Source of the DNA: a virus
IMG/VR virus record: IMGVR_UViG_3300030104_007872
Coordinates: 1 to 64,000 of that record
Length of the DNA: 64,000 nucleotides
Strand: one strand, 5' to 3'
Shown one piece after another: positions 37,115 to 46,694 of this stretch (the first letter of the stretch is position 1; every line of letters begins with the position of its first letter). A program made the translations under genes and the position numbers. The notes under the pieces are model-generated. The model had not been told where the DNA came from, ran no database searches, and worked only from the letters and a program-made list of their open reading frames with translations.

Positions 37115-37679
37115 ATTTTTCTTGTGTCTTCAGTTTATTAATGAATCTATTGTGAATATTGATACAACCCTGAATGCTCATTTCTAATTCTTTAGCAATG
37201 ATTCTCCAAGGAGTGAGCTTATTATCCATGCCATTGTAACGCATGTCAATTATTTTTTTCACTCTTAGGTCTTTTTCTCTTTCGAGGCTATTCTCAAGCA
37301 AGGAAAAAGCCTCATCTTTAGTTATATCACCCAAGAAACTCTCGCACGATGGCTCGATGTAGTTTTTTTCATCATTTATCAAAAATTCCTTACTTCTTTT
37401 TTTCTTATTCAAAAGGTTTAGGCATTTCCATTTAGTTTGGTTCGCCAAATGAGTGGAAAATTTTGTTTTCTTAGTCGGATCGTAACTCATGGCTGAGGAA
37501 TATATCGTTGATTCCCTCTCTTCCATTAAAAAGTTCTTATCAAGGACATACTGAGGGCTGGACATAAATTGATTTAGCATGGTGTGGTAAATCCCTGAAT
37601 GCCTGTCTATAAGCTCCAGAAGACTTTCCTCATCATTGTCCTCCTTGATTTTGTAAATAAGTGTTAGATCACTCTGCAT
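37107..37679 (-). CDS. sigma70-family phage sigma factor
   Basis: YDPTKKTKFSTHL (region 2); IIDMRY...WRIIAKELEMSIQG (region 4); ATG at 37679 preferred. Confidence 0.85.
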   Translation of the reverse strand: MQSDLTLIYKIKEDNDEESLLELIDRHSGIYHTMLNQFMSSPQYVLDKNFLMEERESTIYSSAMSYDPTKKTKFSTHLANQTKWKCLNLLNKKKRSKEFLINDEKNYIEPSCESFLGDITKDEAFSLLENSLEREKDLRVKKIIDMRYNGMDNKLTPWRIIAKELEMSIQGCINIHNRFINKLKTQEKYV

Positions 37680-37781
37680 CCATAATATTAGTTTCGGTTC
37701 TAGCTTTTTCAAAAAAATCTCGCTGATTTTTTATTTCCATCTTTTACGCAAAATCGCTTAATTATTATAATATAATTGTAA

Positions 37782-37863
37782 AACGTTTACGGTAAAGACG
37801 AACGTTTACGGTAAAGTAAAACGTTAACTGTAAAGAAACGTTCTTTAACCGTTTCACGGTTAA
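37782..37863. repeat. iteron-like repeats and hairpin, candidate replication origin
   Basis: AACGTTtACgGTAAAG at 37782, 37801 and 37820 (19-bp period), AT-rich flank, hairpin TTAACCGT-TTC-ACGGTTAA. Confidence 0.6.
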
Positions 37864-37890
37864 TTATAACGCCGTGATTCCGTTTGTCAA
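37863..37890 (-). promoter_or_regulatory. consensus sigma70 promoter firing into the repeats
   Basis: TTGACA-N16-TATAAT. Confidence 0.75.
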
Positions 37891-37962
37891 ATTAAATTTT
37901 TGGGAAATTTTTTCTATTGACGAGAGACGTATTTGAGGGCACAAGTGTAATTTCCTTTAGTC

Positions 37963-38934
37963 ATGATTTTTGAAGAACAACTAGCGCGAAAGCCCAACCA
38001 TTATCCATGGGCACAAGATTTTATAGAGGCAATGCACAACGGTTTTTGGACCGACAAAGAATTCAGTTTTAGTAGTGATATTCAGGATTTTAACGTTAAT
38101 TTAAACGGAACCGAAAAAGAGATGATTATCCGCACTCTTTCTGCAATTGGCCAGATTGAGGTGGCGGTAAAAAAATTCTGGAGCAAACTTGGAGACAACC
38201 TTCCCCATCCCAGCTTAACGGACTTGGGTTACGTTATGGCCAATACAGAGGTCATTCACAATAATGCGTACGAGCGCTTATTGACGGTTCTGGGGCTTGA
38301 AGACGTTTTCGAAGAGAACCTTAAGCTAGACTTTATTGAAGGCCGTGTGCGCTATCTGAGGAAGTATAACCATAAATTCTACAAGGACTCGAAGAAGCAA
38401 TATGTCTATGCTCTTATTTTGTTTACCCTCTTCGTGGAAAACGTTTCCTTATTTAGCCAGTTTTATGTTATCAATTGGTTTAATCGCTTTCGCAACGTTC
38501 TTAAAGATACAGGACAACAGGTAAAATATACCCGCAACGAAGAAAATATTCACGCTTTAGCGGGAATCAAAATCATAAACACTATACGAAGCGAGCACCC
38601 TGAGCTTTTTGACGAGGAATTGCAGGAAAGGGTTGCCTCTGAATCTGAAGCGGCACTGATAGCAGAAAGTAACATTGTCGATTGGATGGTTAACGGCTTC
38701 AATGAAAAAGGTTTAAATGCAGATATTTTGAAGGAATTTATTAAAAATAGAATCAACGATTCTTTGGAGAAAATTGGTTTTGCGCCAGTATTTAATGTTG
38801 ACACTTCTTTGCTGGAAGATACAATGTGGTTTGAGGAGGAATTAATGGGCAATAATGCCACTGATTTCTTTCATTCTCGCCCAGTAGAATATTCAAAAAA
38901 TTCACAAACATTTGACGCTGACGACCTCTTTTAA
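37963..38934 (+). CDS. nrdB: ribonucleotide reductase class I beta subunit
   Basis: FWT, EVIHNNAY, VENVSLFSQF, EENIH and DFFHSRPVEY. Confidence 0.95.
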   Translation: MIFEEQLARKPNHYPWAQDFIEAMHNGFWTDKEFSFSSDIQDFNVNLNGTEKEMIIRTLSAIGQIEVAVKKFWSKLGDNLPHPSLTDLGYVMANTEVIHNNAYERLLTVLGLEDVFEENLKLDFIEGRVRYLRKYNHKFYKDSKKQYVYALILFTLFVENVSLFSQFYVINWFNRFRNVLKDTGQQVKYTRNEENIHALAGIKIINTIRSEHPELFDEELQERVASESEAALIAESNIVDWMVNGFNEKGLNADILKEFIKNRINDSLEKIGFAPVFNVDTSLLEDTMWFEEELMGNNATDFFHSRPVEYSKNSQTFDADDLF

Positions 38935-40580
38935 TGAAAAAATATAAATGGCTCAACAAAGACTCTAGGGCATTCCTAAAAAGGGGTTATTTACAAGATG
39001 GAGAATCTGCCGAACAGCGTGTGGCTGATATTGCAAAAGCTGCGGAAAAGCACCTTAAGATAAAAGGTTTTGCTGAAAAATTTGAAGATTACGCTGCGAG
39101 GGGCTTTTATTCTTTAGCTAGTCCAGTTTGGGCAAACTTTGGGCGAAAGCGAGGATTACCTGTATCATGCAATGGTGTTTTCATTGAAGATCGCATGGAT
39201 GCCATTTTAGACAAACAGGCTGAGGTCGGAATGCAGACCAAACATGGCGCGGGAACCTCGGCCTATTTTGGTGATTTAAGAGGGCGCGGCGAACCAATTA
39301 ATTCTGGCGGCACATCCAGCGGCTCTGTGCATTTCATGGAGCTTTTCGATAAAGTATCTTCTGTTGTTTCTCAAAGTAACGTAAGGAGAGGTTCCTTTGC
39401 CGCATATTTGCCAATTGATCATCCCGACATCAAGGAATTCTTAAGGATAAGGGGTGAAGGAAACCCTATTCAAGAGATGTCTTTTGGTGTTTGTATTGAT
39501 GATGAGTGGATGAGATCATTGATGGGCGGTGATCGCCAAAAAAGATCCACATGGGCCGCACTTATACGCAAACGCTTCGAAACAGGATACCCCTATATTT
39601 TCTTTACTGATAGTGCTAATGAAAATGCTCCCAAGGCTTACAAGGATAAAAACCTAAAAATTTCTGCGTCTAATTTGTGTAGCGAAATATCCCTGCACTC
39701 TTCCGAAGAAGAGTCGTTTGTCTGCTGCTTGTCCTCTTTAAATTTGGTTAAATGGGAGGAAATAGTAGAAACAGATGCAGTAGAAACGCTGGTTTATTTT
39801 TTGGATGCAGTAATGGAAGAGTATATCCAGAAGACCGAACACATTCCGTTTATGAAGCCGTCGCATGAGTTTGCAAAACGACAACGCGCCTTAGGCGTTG
39901 GTGTTCTGGGTTGGCATTCCCTGCTTCAGCAGCAGATGATTCCATTTGAAGGAATGAAGGCTCATGCTCTTAATATCGAAATTCATAAAACCATAAGAGA
40001 TAGAGCGGATAAAGCCACGGAGAATCTAAGCGTGTTACTTGGAGAACCTGAGCACCTCAAGGGTTATGGTAGGCGCAATATGACCACAATGGCAATCGCG
40101 CCCACCACATCAAGTTCCTTTATATTAGGTCAGGTATCACCGTCTATTGAGCCTCTTAATAGTAATTATTTCACAAAAGACTTGGCAAAAGGTAAGTTTA
40201 CTTACAAAAACCCTTACCTAGAGACGCTATTGGAAGAAAAAAATAAAAATACCATTAGCACATGGAAGTCAATTCTGTTAAAGGGTGGTTCAGTTCAGCA
40301 TTTAACGTTTTTAACCGATGAAGAGAAGGCTGTATTTAAAACTTTCGGGGAAATCTCACAAAAAGAAATTGTGATTCAGGCATCGCAACGCCAAAGGTTT
40401 ATTGATCAAGGGCAAAGTCTCAACCTTATGATTTCGCCAAAATGTCCACCCAAAGAAGTTAGCGAGTTACTTATTTTTGGCTGGGAACAAGGTATTAAAA
40501 GCTTTTATTATCAGCGCAGTGCAAATCCAAGCCAAGAATTAGCTCGATCAATCCTTTCTTGTGCGGCGTGTGAGGGTTGA
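38934..40580 (+). CDS. nrdA: ribonucleotide reductase class I alpha subunit (no ATP cone)
   Basis: SNLCSEI, AIAPTTSSS, SFYYQRS and C-terminal CAACEG. Confidence 0.95.
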   Translation: MKKYKWLNKDSRAFLKRGYLQDGESAEQRVADIAKAAEKHLKIKGFAEKFEDYAARGFYSLASPVWANFGRKRGLPVSCNGVFIEDRMDAILDKQAEVGMQTKHGAGTSAYFGDLRGRGEPINSGGTSSGSVHFMELFDKVSSVVSQSNVRRGSFAAYLPIDHPDIKEFLRIRGEGNPIQEMSFGVCIDDEWMRSLMGGDRQKRSTWAALIRKRFETGYPYIFFTDSANENAPKAYKDKNLKISASNLCSEISLHSSEEESFVCCLSSLNLVKWEEIVETDAVETLVYFLDAVMEEYIQKTEHIPFMKPSHEFAKRQRALGVGVLGWHSLLQQQMIPFEGMKAHALNIEIHKTIRDRADKATENLSVLLGEPEHLKGYGRRNMTTMAIAPTTSSSFILGQVSPSIEPLNSNYFTKDLAKGKFTYKNPYLETLLEEKNKNTISTWKSILLKGGSVQHLTFLTDEEKAVFKTFGEISQKEIVIQASQRQRFIDQGQSLNLMISPKCPPKEVSELLIFGWEQGIKSFYYQRSANPSQELARSILSCAACEG

Positions 40581-40596
40581 AGTGTAATAAATTTAA

Positions 40597-41010
40597 ATGA
40601 AGCCAAGCTTTTCACAGAAAATATTCAAATGCCTCAAAGAGAAGGTAGAGAAGCATAATGAAAAGCATTCTAAACCTGTATCCCTAGAGCAGGTTATCAG
40701 GGTATATAAACGCGGAGAGAGGCTTACTGAGCATTTTTGGCAACCACGGCTTACAACAGCGCAATTGGCCATGGCTAGGGTTAATCTTTTTTTAAAATTG
40801 GCCGCAGAGCGAATAGTTGATGATTTTTATGCGGCGCAAGATCAGGATATTCTGATAGCCTCACATCGCAGCCATGAACAAGAGATGATGGAGCCATTCT
40901 GTAATTTTAAAGATTTAGATTATGTTTCTGCGAGGTGTGATTTACTCTTGGCGCACATTTCCGATAAAGATGGCAACCAAATATTCAAGGCTCCACCACT
41001 TGAAGAATAG
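40597..41010 (+). CDS. hypothetical phage protein
   Basis: LKEKVEKHNEK...VYKRG...AMARVNLFLK; GTGTAA upstream. Confidence 0.65.
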   Translation: MKPSFSQKIFKCLKEKVEKHNEKHSKPVSLEQVIRVYKRGERLTEHFWQPRLTTAQLAMARVNLFLKLAAERIVDDFYAAQDQDILIASHRSHEQEMMEPFCNFKDLDYVSARCDLLLAHISDKDGNQIFKAPPLEE

Positions 41011-41044
41011 CCCTGTTTTTATATAATCATGCTAAAAGCATGAA

Positions 41045-41902
41045 ATGAGGTTTTTATTCGTATCAGATTTTACATTAGAGCAAAGATCGGGTGGCGCTCA
41101 GGTTAGTAATGACCTGATCATAAAAAGAGGACGCGAGTTGGGCCATGAAATCATTGAGCATGACTACACTTCTTCTCCTGTGGATTTTTTATCTTATTAC
41201 GACTCAATTATTAGCTCTAATCTTGAGGTTATAAGTAGGTCGGCGCCTATCAAACTAGATTTCATAACAAAACATGGAAACCATATACGGCTGGAGCACG
41301 ATTCTTGCTCCTATTTAAACGCAGAAGTTAGGCGGTCACTGTTCGAATCATCCAACCTTAACTTTTTTCTTTCGGATTTCCACATTGGGTTTTTTCGTGA
41401 AAGGTATGGAAATTACTTTGAGAATGTTGAAATCGTTTATGACCCTATTGACACTGGACTCTTTTGCGATGATAGCTCAGAAAAGATTTATGATGTGGTT
41501 TATTGTGGGTATTTGCACGAACTTAAGGGTTTAAAAAACTTACTACATTTCGCCTCCTCAAATCCAAATAGGGAAATATCAGTTTTTGGCTGGTGTGATT
41601 TTAAACCCGAATCAGCTTTTTCTGCTTTGGATAATATCTCCTTCCACGGAGAAAGGACTCACGAAGAAATTGCAAAGATATTTAAGCAAAGTTTAGCTGT
41701 ATATCACAGCCCAATAGTTAATGAACCCTTTTGCCGCATGGTTGGTGAGGCTCTTTTGTGCGGCGTTCGCGAGGTTATAGGCTCAACAGAGAAGATAGGC
41801 TCTTATTTAGAGTTTCAAAAACATGGTATCGAAAAGTTTAGCCAAGACTGTTCAAATGCTCCTGATGTATTTTGGCAAAAAGTACAGGAATCACTCAAAT
41901 GA
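41045..41902 (+). CDS. GT-B glycosyltransferase (GT4-like)
   Basis: GGAQ, GYLHELKG and EPFCRMVGEALLCG. Confidence 0.85.
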   Translation: MRFLFVSDFTLEQRSGGAQVSNDLIIKRGRELGHEIIEHDYTSSPVDFLSYYDSIISSNLEVISRSAPIKLDFITKHGNHIRLEHDSCSYLNAEVRRSLFESSNLNFFLSDFHIGFFRERYGNYFENVEIVYDPIDTGLFCDDSSEKIYDVVYCGYLHELKGLKNLLHFASSNPNREISVFGWCDFKPESAFSALDNISFHGERTHEEIAKIFKQSLAVYHSPIVNEPFCRMVGEALLCGVREVIGSTEKIGSYLEFQKHGIEKFSQDCSNAPDVFWQKVQESLK

Positions 41903-42807
41903 AAATAATTTTAGCGATTAATAAAACACTCAGCCGCAATCAAACCGAGTGTTTAGATGGCGGTTATTATAATTTCTATATTCCTCTTTTGGAGTTGGGC
42001 CACGAAGTTTTATTATACGATACTGTCAGAGGTGCAGAAAAAAGCTTCAATGAGCTTGTGGAAACCTTTAACCCCGATTTAATTTTTTGTTGTATTACTG
42101 GCAATAAAGAGGTCACCCCGTACGAACCATTTGAAGAAATAAAGCATATAACTAAAAACACAAAAATAAAAACATTCAATTGGTTTTGCGATGACACTTG
42201 GAGATTCGACGATTTTAGCAGTAAAGTTTGCAAACACTTCACTCATTGTTCGACGCCCGAAGAAAAATATTTAGATAGATATAAGGACATAGGATATGAA
42301 AATATTTTATTGGGGAATTGGCACTGCAACGCTGATTTGCGATTTCCTTATAATAAATCCGTCGATGTCGGCTTTTGTGGGGGTATCACTCAGGCACGAG
42401 CGAGCGTTTTCAATTCTCTTATAAGCGGTGGGGTCAATTTAAAATGTTTTTATGGACTGTCTTATGAGGATATTTTTAAAGCTTACGCCTCCTCTAGGAT
42501 AGGTATTAACCTTACTGTTAATGATAATGACCCCTCGAAAAAGCAGCAGATGAAGCTGCGTATCTTTGAGATTGTCGCATCGGGAACTTTCCTGCTAACA
42601 GAAAATGTGGAAGGTTTGGAAAAGTATTTTGAAATTGGAAAGGAAATAGAAACCTTTACAACACCCCAAGAGGCGCAGGAAAAAATAACACACTATCTTC
42701 AAAATGAAGAGGCTAGGGAAAAAATAGCTGCCGCTGGCCACAGACGCTTTTTGACAGATCACCGTTCAAGTGTTAGATTAACTGAGGTTTTGGAACAAAT
42801 AAAATAA
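41899..42807 (+). CDS. CgeB-like glycosyltransferase (Glyco_trans_1_2)
   Basis: WFCDD, SRIGIN, KLRIFEIVASGTFLLTE and IAAAGHRR. Confidence 0.85.
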   Translation: MKIILAINKTLSRNQTECLDGGYYNFYIPLLELGHEVLLYDTVRGAEKSFNELVETFNPDLIFCCITGNKEVTPYEPFEEIKHITKNTKIKTFNWFCDDTWRFDDFSSKVCKHFTHCSTPEEKYLDRYKDIGYENILLGNWHCNADLRFPYNKSVDVGFCGGITQARASVFNSLISGGVNLKCFYGLSYEDIFKAYASSRIGINLTVNDNDPSKKQQMKLRIFEIVASGTFLLTENVEGLEKYFEIGKEIETFTTPQEAQEKITHYLQNEEAREKIAAAGHRRFLTDHRSSVRLTEVLEQIK

Positions 42808-43737
42808 ATGACAATATACATACAGAAACATGGAAGCCACGCTGGCTACTGGATATACAGTGGATATGCACACGCATGGATTTATCATGGCTTTCAGGTG
42901 AAATTTTTTGAATCCTTTGAGGAGGTTGACACAAAACAGCCCTATGCCCTGATGATAACCGATTCTTGGCTTAATAACGAGTATGAGGATTACATTAATG
43001 CCTTTGATTATCTTAAAAAGAGCGAATTTTGTATACTTTATGCATCTCCAAAAGGTTTTCCTGACCCCTGGGGCACCCATCCTAATTTTGTATGCCCGCT
43101 CAACGACGAATTTATCAAAAAACTTGACGATATTGATAACTTAGTTAAGTGGAATTTTTCAGAAACTGACAATGAATATTTTTCTCATTGGAAAGACATA
43201 AAAACCATCCCCCTTGCATTCGATAATATAAATTACGAATGTGCAAAAGATGACGAAAAGGAATATTTATATGATGTCTGTTTCATCGGCAGCGTAGCTA
43301 ACAATGGCTTTAATGAAAAAATAGAAATCATAAAAGCTTGCTTAAATGCATTTGCCCACAGCGATTTAAATTGTGGGTTTTCTATCGGCCAAAATATTTC
43401 TCACGAAAAAGAAAACGAGGTTTTAATTAGGTCTAAAGTATGTTTAAATATTCACGATAAATATCAAAGGGTCTTAGGGTTGGATGCCAACGAAAGAACA
43501 TTCAAGTCTTTAGGCGCCAATGGGTTATTGGTTAGCGATTCTACAACTCAAGTAAAAAACCTCTTTCCAGATGTATTTTGTTCTAATGAACCGCAGGAGC
43601 TTGTGGATGAGTGCAGCAGGCTCGTTTCTAAGGATGTGAAGGAATTAAATAAAATTAAAAAACAAAACAGGCAAACCATAGAGGATCAACATTCCTATAT
43701 CAGAAGAGTCGAACAATTATTGACCTATGCGAATTAA
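42808..43737 (+). CDS. CgeB-like glycosyltransferase (Glyco_trans_1_2)
   Basis: YDVCFIG, SKVCLNIH, NERTFK and HSYIRRVEQL. Confidence 0.82.
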   Translation: MTIYIQKHGSHAGYWIYSGYAHAWIYHGFQVKFFESFEEVDTKQPYALMITDSWLNNEYEDYINAFDYLKKSEFCILYASPKGFPDPWGTHPNFVCPLNDEFIKKLDDIDNLVKWNFSETDNEYFSHWKDIKTIPLAFDNINYECAKDDEKEYLYDVCFIGSVANNGFNEKIEIIKACLNAFAHSDLNCGFSIGQNISHEKENEVLIRSKVCLNIHDKYQRVLGLDANERTFKSLGANGLLVSDSTTQVKNLFPDVFCSNEPQELVDECSRLVSKDVKELNKIKKQNRQTIEDQHSYIRRVEQLLTYAN

Positions 43738-44452
43738 TATAATCATTCCAAATTACAACAAGGAACCTTTTGTCATAAAGTGCCTTGAGTCTTGCTTAAA
43801 TCAGACTTATGAAAACTTAGGCGTCATTTTCATCGATAACGATAGTACTGATAATAGCTTGCAACTTGTTAAGGATTTTTCAAAAACGCACGACAGAGAT
43901 TTTATCATAGATGTGGCAGAAAATATCTATCCCCGCTGTTGGGAGGAATGTATAGAAAAGGCTGAACAATATTTAGATGGGGAATATTACACAATTGTTG
44001 GTTCAGATGATTACCTTGATGAGAATTATATCGCTAATTTTTGCGAGTGGATAAAAGAGCAAGAGGAGGAGGTCTTAGCCGTTCATTCAGACTTACTTTG
44101 GGTTGAGGATGGTAAAGATTTCAATTATACAACCTACAAGTATAGCGACATAGACGATTTAAAATTGAAATTAGTTCAAGGGTGCGCCATAAACAGCCCA
44201 ACAGTTTTTTATAGTAGGAAAATCACCGAGGATAAGAGCCTTAAGGCTAAACCAGAGGTATATAGCGGCGCAGCAGATTATGATTTTTATTGCCAATTGG
44301 TTGATAAGGGTATATTTATTCACAATATAGGCGACTGGATAGGCTATCATTACAACGTCAACAAATCTCAGGCAACGTGGGAGATGCATCTTGATCCTAT
44401 TAATTATACAAATGTAATTATTAAAAAGTATAAGGACAAGTGGAAAATTTGA
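43727..44452 (+). CDS. GT2 glycosyltransferase
   Basis: IIIPNYN, CLESCLNQTY, IDNDSTD, GSDD and AADYDF. Confidence 0.92.
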   Translation: MRINIIIPNYNKEPFVIKCLESCLNQTYENLGVIFIDNDSTDNSLQLVKDFSKTHDRDFIIDVAENIYPRCWEECIEKAEQYLDGEYYTIVGSDDYLDENYIANFCEWIKEQEEEVLAVHSDLLWVEDGKDFNYTTYKYSDIDDLKLKLVQGCAINSPTVFYSRKITEDKSLKAKPEVYSGAADYDFYCQLVDKGIFIHNIGDWIGYHYNVNKSQATWEMHLDPINYTNVIIKKYKDKWKI

Positions 44453-45750
44453 CGCAAACATTAGATAGTGTAAGGGATTTTTTACGGAGCAAATCCCCCA
44501 AAAAATGGATAGCTGGCGAAGATTATGTACAATATGCGGGGCCAGTTTTTGACGAAGAAGAGATATTATCCGCTGTAGAAACACTGTTGGACGGCTGGCT
44601 CGTTTTGGGCAAGCGAGGTTTATCTTTCGAGAGGCAGTTTTGCAAGCTGTTGGGTAAGGATTATGGCGTATTGACTAATAGCGGAAGTAGTTCGAACCTA
44701 ATAATGATGGAGGCCCTAAAATCCAAAAGATTATACGGACTCCCAAATGACACAAAAGTTATTACTCCTATAGCGGGATTTCCCACGACGCTAAATCCAA
44801 TATTTCAGGTAGGGTTTAAGCCACTGTTTGTAGATATTGACATCGATACTCTTAATTTAAATTTAGAGCAAGTAGAAGAAAAGGCTAAAAAAGGCGCAAA
44901 AGTAATAACATTTGCACATGTTTTGGGCAATCCACCAAATATGGATCAGCTAATGCAGATAGTGAATGAGTATGATTTGATTTTACTTGAGGATTGTTGT
45001 GATGCGCTAGGTTCCAGCTACAGAGGGAACGATTTGGGTAGTTTTGGAGAATTTTCCACATGTTCTTTTTATCCAGCCCACCATATTACAATGGGAGAGG
45101 GTGGATTTGTCGCTTCAAAAACCTACAACCAGCAAATTGTCGCTAGAAGCTTAAGGGAATGGGGGCGCGGATGTTATTGCGTAGGGGAAAAGGCGGGTTT
45201 GTCTAAAACGGGGTGCTGCGGCAAAAGGTTTAGCAATTGGCTTCCAAGTTTACCAGATGAAGTTTTTGATCACAAATATGTCTATGACGAGATTGGCTAT
45301 AATTTAAAACCTATTGAAATTCAAGCGGCTATCGGTTTGCAGCAACTGAAAAAATTACCTTCAATTATCACACGCAGAAAAGAAAACCATAAAAAACTTT
45401 ATGATATTTTTGCGAAACATGAAGAGTATTTTATTTTGCCAGAGGCAACCGATGGGAGTGACCCTAGTTGGTTTGCTTTCGCCGTAACTCTTCGCGATGG
45501 CTGTAAATTCAAGAGAAATGAAATAGTGGACTTTTTTGAGTCGCATAAAATACAAACGCGCCCTTATTTTGCTGGAAATATCATGTTGCAACCCGCTTAT
45601 CGCGGGATTGTCAACGCCGAGGATGTTGTTAAAAAGTATCCCAATGCTCGCAAAGTAACCACCGACACCATGTTTCTAGGAACCAGCCCAGTAATTACTG
45701 ATGAACAAATTAGATATATTGAAGAAGTTTTATATAATTTCATTGGATGA
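44440..45750 (+). CDS. rfbH: NDP-4-keto-6-deoxyglucose 3-dehydratase (E1, RfbH/DdhC)
   Basis: NSGSSSNL, FAHVLGNP, FYPAHHITMGEGG (His at the PLP-lysine site), Fe-S motif GRGCYC...CCG, FDHKY. Confidence 0.92.
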   Translation: MENLTQTLDSVRDFLRSKSPKKWIAGEDYVQYAGPVFDEEEILSAVETLLDGWLVLGKRGLSFERQFCKLLGKDYGVLTNSGSSSNLIMMEALKSKRLYGLPNDTKVITPIAGFPTTLNPIFQVGFKPLFVDIDIDTLNLNLEQVEEKAKKGAKVITFAHVLGNPPNMDQLMQIVNEYDLILLEDCCDALGSSYRGNDLGSFGEFSTCSFYPAHHITMGEGGFVASKTYNQQIVARSLREWGRGCYCVGEKAGLSKTGCCGKRFSNWLPSLPDEVFDHKYVYDEIGYNLKPIEIQAAIGLQQLKKLPSIITRRKENHKKLYDIFAKHEEYFILPEATDGSDPSWFAFAVTLRDGCKFKRNEIVDFFESHKIQTRPYFAGNIMLQPAYRGIVNAEDVVKKYPNARKVTTDTMFLGTSPVITDEQIRYIEEVLYNFIG

Positions 45751-46694
45751 AGATAGTTTATGTCACAGGGTGCTTGGGTTTTATTGGATCTCACATTACG
45801 CGACACTGCCTGAATAAGGGGTGGTATGTTAAGGGTGTTGATAAGCTTACTTATGCTGCCAACAGGGAGTTTCTAAACGAATTTCAAAAATTCGAAAATT
45901 TTTCATTCCTACAAGAGGATATCAATGATCTAAAGTTTTTATATGAATGTGACTATGTTATTAATACCGCAGCGGAAACTCATGTGGGAAACAGTATCAT
46001 TAGTAGCGCTGATTTCATAAAATCAAACATTGATGGGGTCCATAATTTGCTAGAATTGATTAAGAATTATAGAATAGAAAACCTCAAAAAACCAACACTG
46101 TTACATCTTAGCACTGACGAAGTTTATGGAGATATTGCCAATGGAGATCACGGAGAGGAAGATCTTTTAAGGCCAAGTAACCCATATTCAGCGACTAAAG
46201 CTGCTGCCGACATGCTAATTTTAGCTTGGGCTCGCACTCACTCGATACCTTACCTTATTGTTAGACCCACGAACAACTACGGAATTGGTCAGTATGTAGA
46301 AAAATTAATTCCCAAGGCTTGTAAGTATTTAAAAATCAAGAAAAAAATACCCCTTCATAATGGGGGTGAACCCGTAAGGAATTGGTTACACGCCGATGAT
46401 ACCGCGAGTGCGATCACCACACTGATAGACAGTGGTTGTAAAAACGAAATATATAATATTTCTGGGCCTTTTGAGCAAAGTAATTATGAGACCTGCAAAA
46501 AAATCATTAAACTCTTCGACCCAAGTTTGAAAGTGGACGAGTGTTTAGATTTTTCCTATGATAGGGCAGGTCAAGATGTTCGATACGCTCTTAATGATTC
46601 CAAGCTACAGGGTATTGGCTGGTCCGCGTCAAAAAACTTTGATGAGGAATTACCAGCAATAGTTGACCACTATAAGCATAAATTTATCTGGTAA
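45747..46694 (+). CDS. rfbB: dTDP-glucose 4,6-dehydratase-like
   Basis: DKLTYA, AAETHV, STDEVYG, PYSATKA and NNYG. Confidence 0.9.
   Translation: MKIVYVTGCLGFIGSHITRHCLNKGWYVKGVDKLTYAANREFLNEFQKFENFSFLQEDINDLKFLYECDYVINTAAETHVGNSIISSADFIKSNIDGVHNLLELIKNYRIENLKKPTLLHLSTDEVYGDIANGDHGEEDLLRPSNPYSATKAAADMLILAWARTHSIPYLIVRPTNNYGIGQYVEKLIPKACKYLKIKKKIPLHNGGEPVRNWLHADDTASAITTLIDSGCKNEIYNISGPFEQSNYETCKKIIKLFDPSLKVDECLDFSYDRAGQDVRYALNDSKLQGIGWSASKNFDEELPAIVDHYKHKFIW

Noticed and set aside
9807-40580. Inteins or introns in terL or nrdA
   Set aside because: Both have normal lengths and uninterrupted motifs
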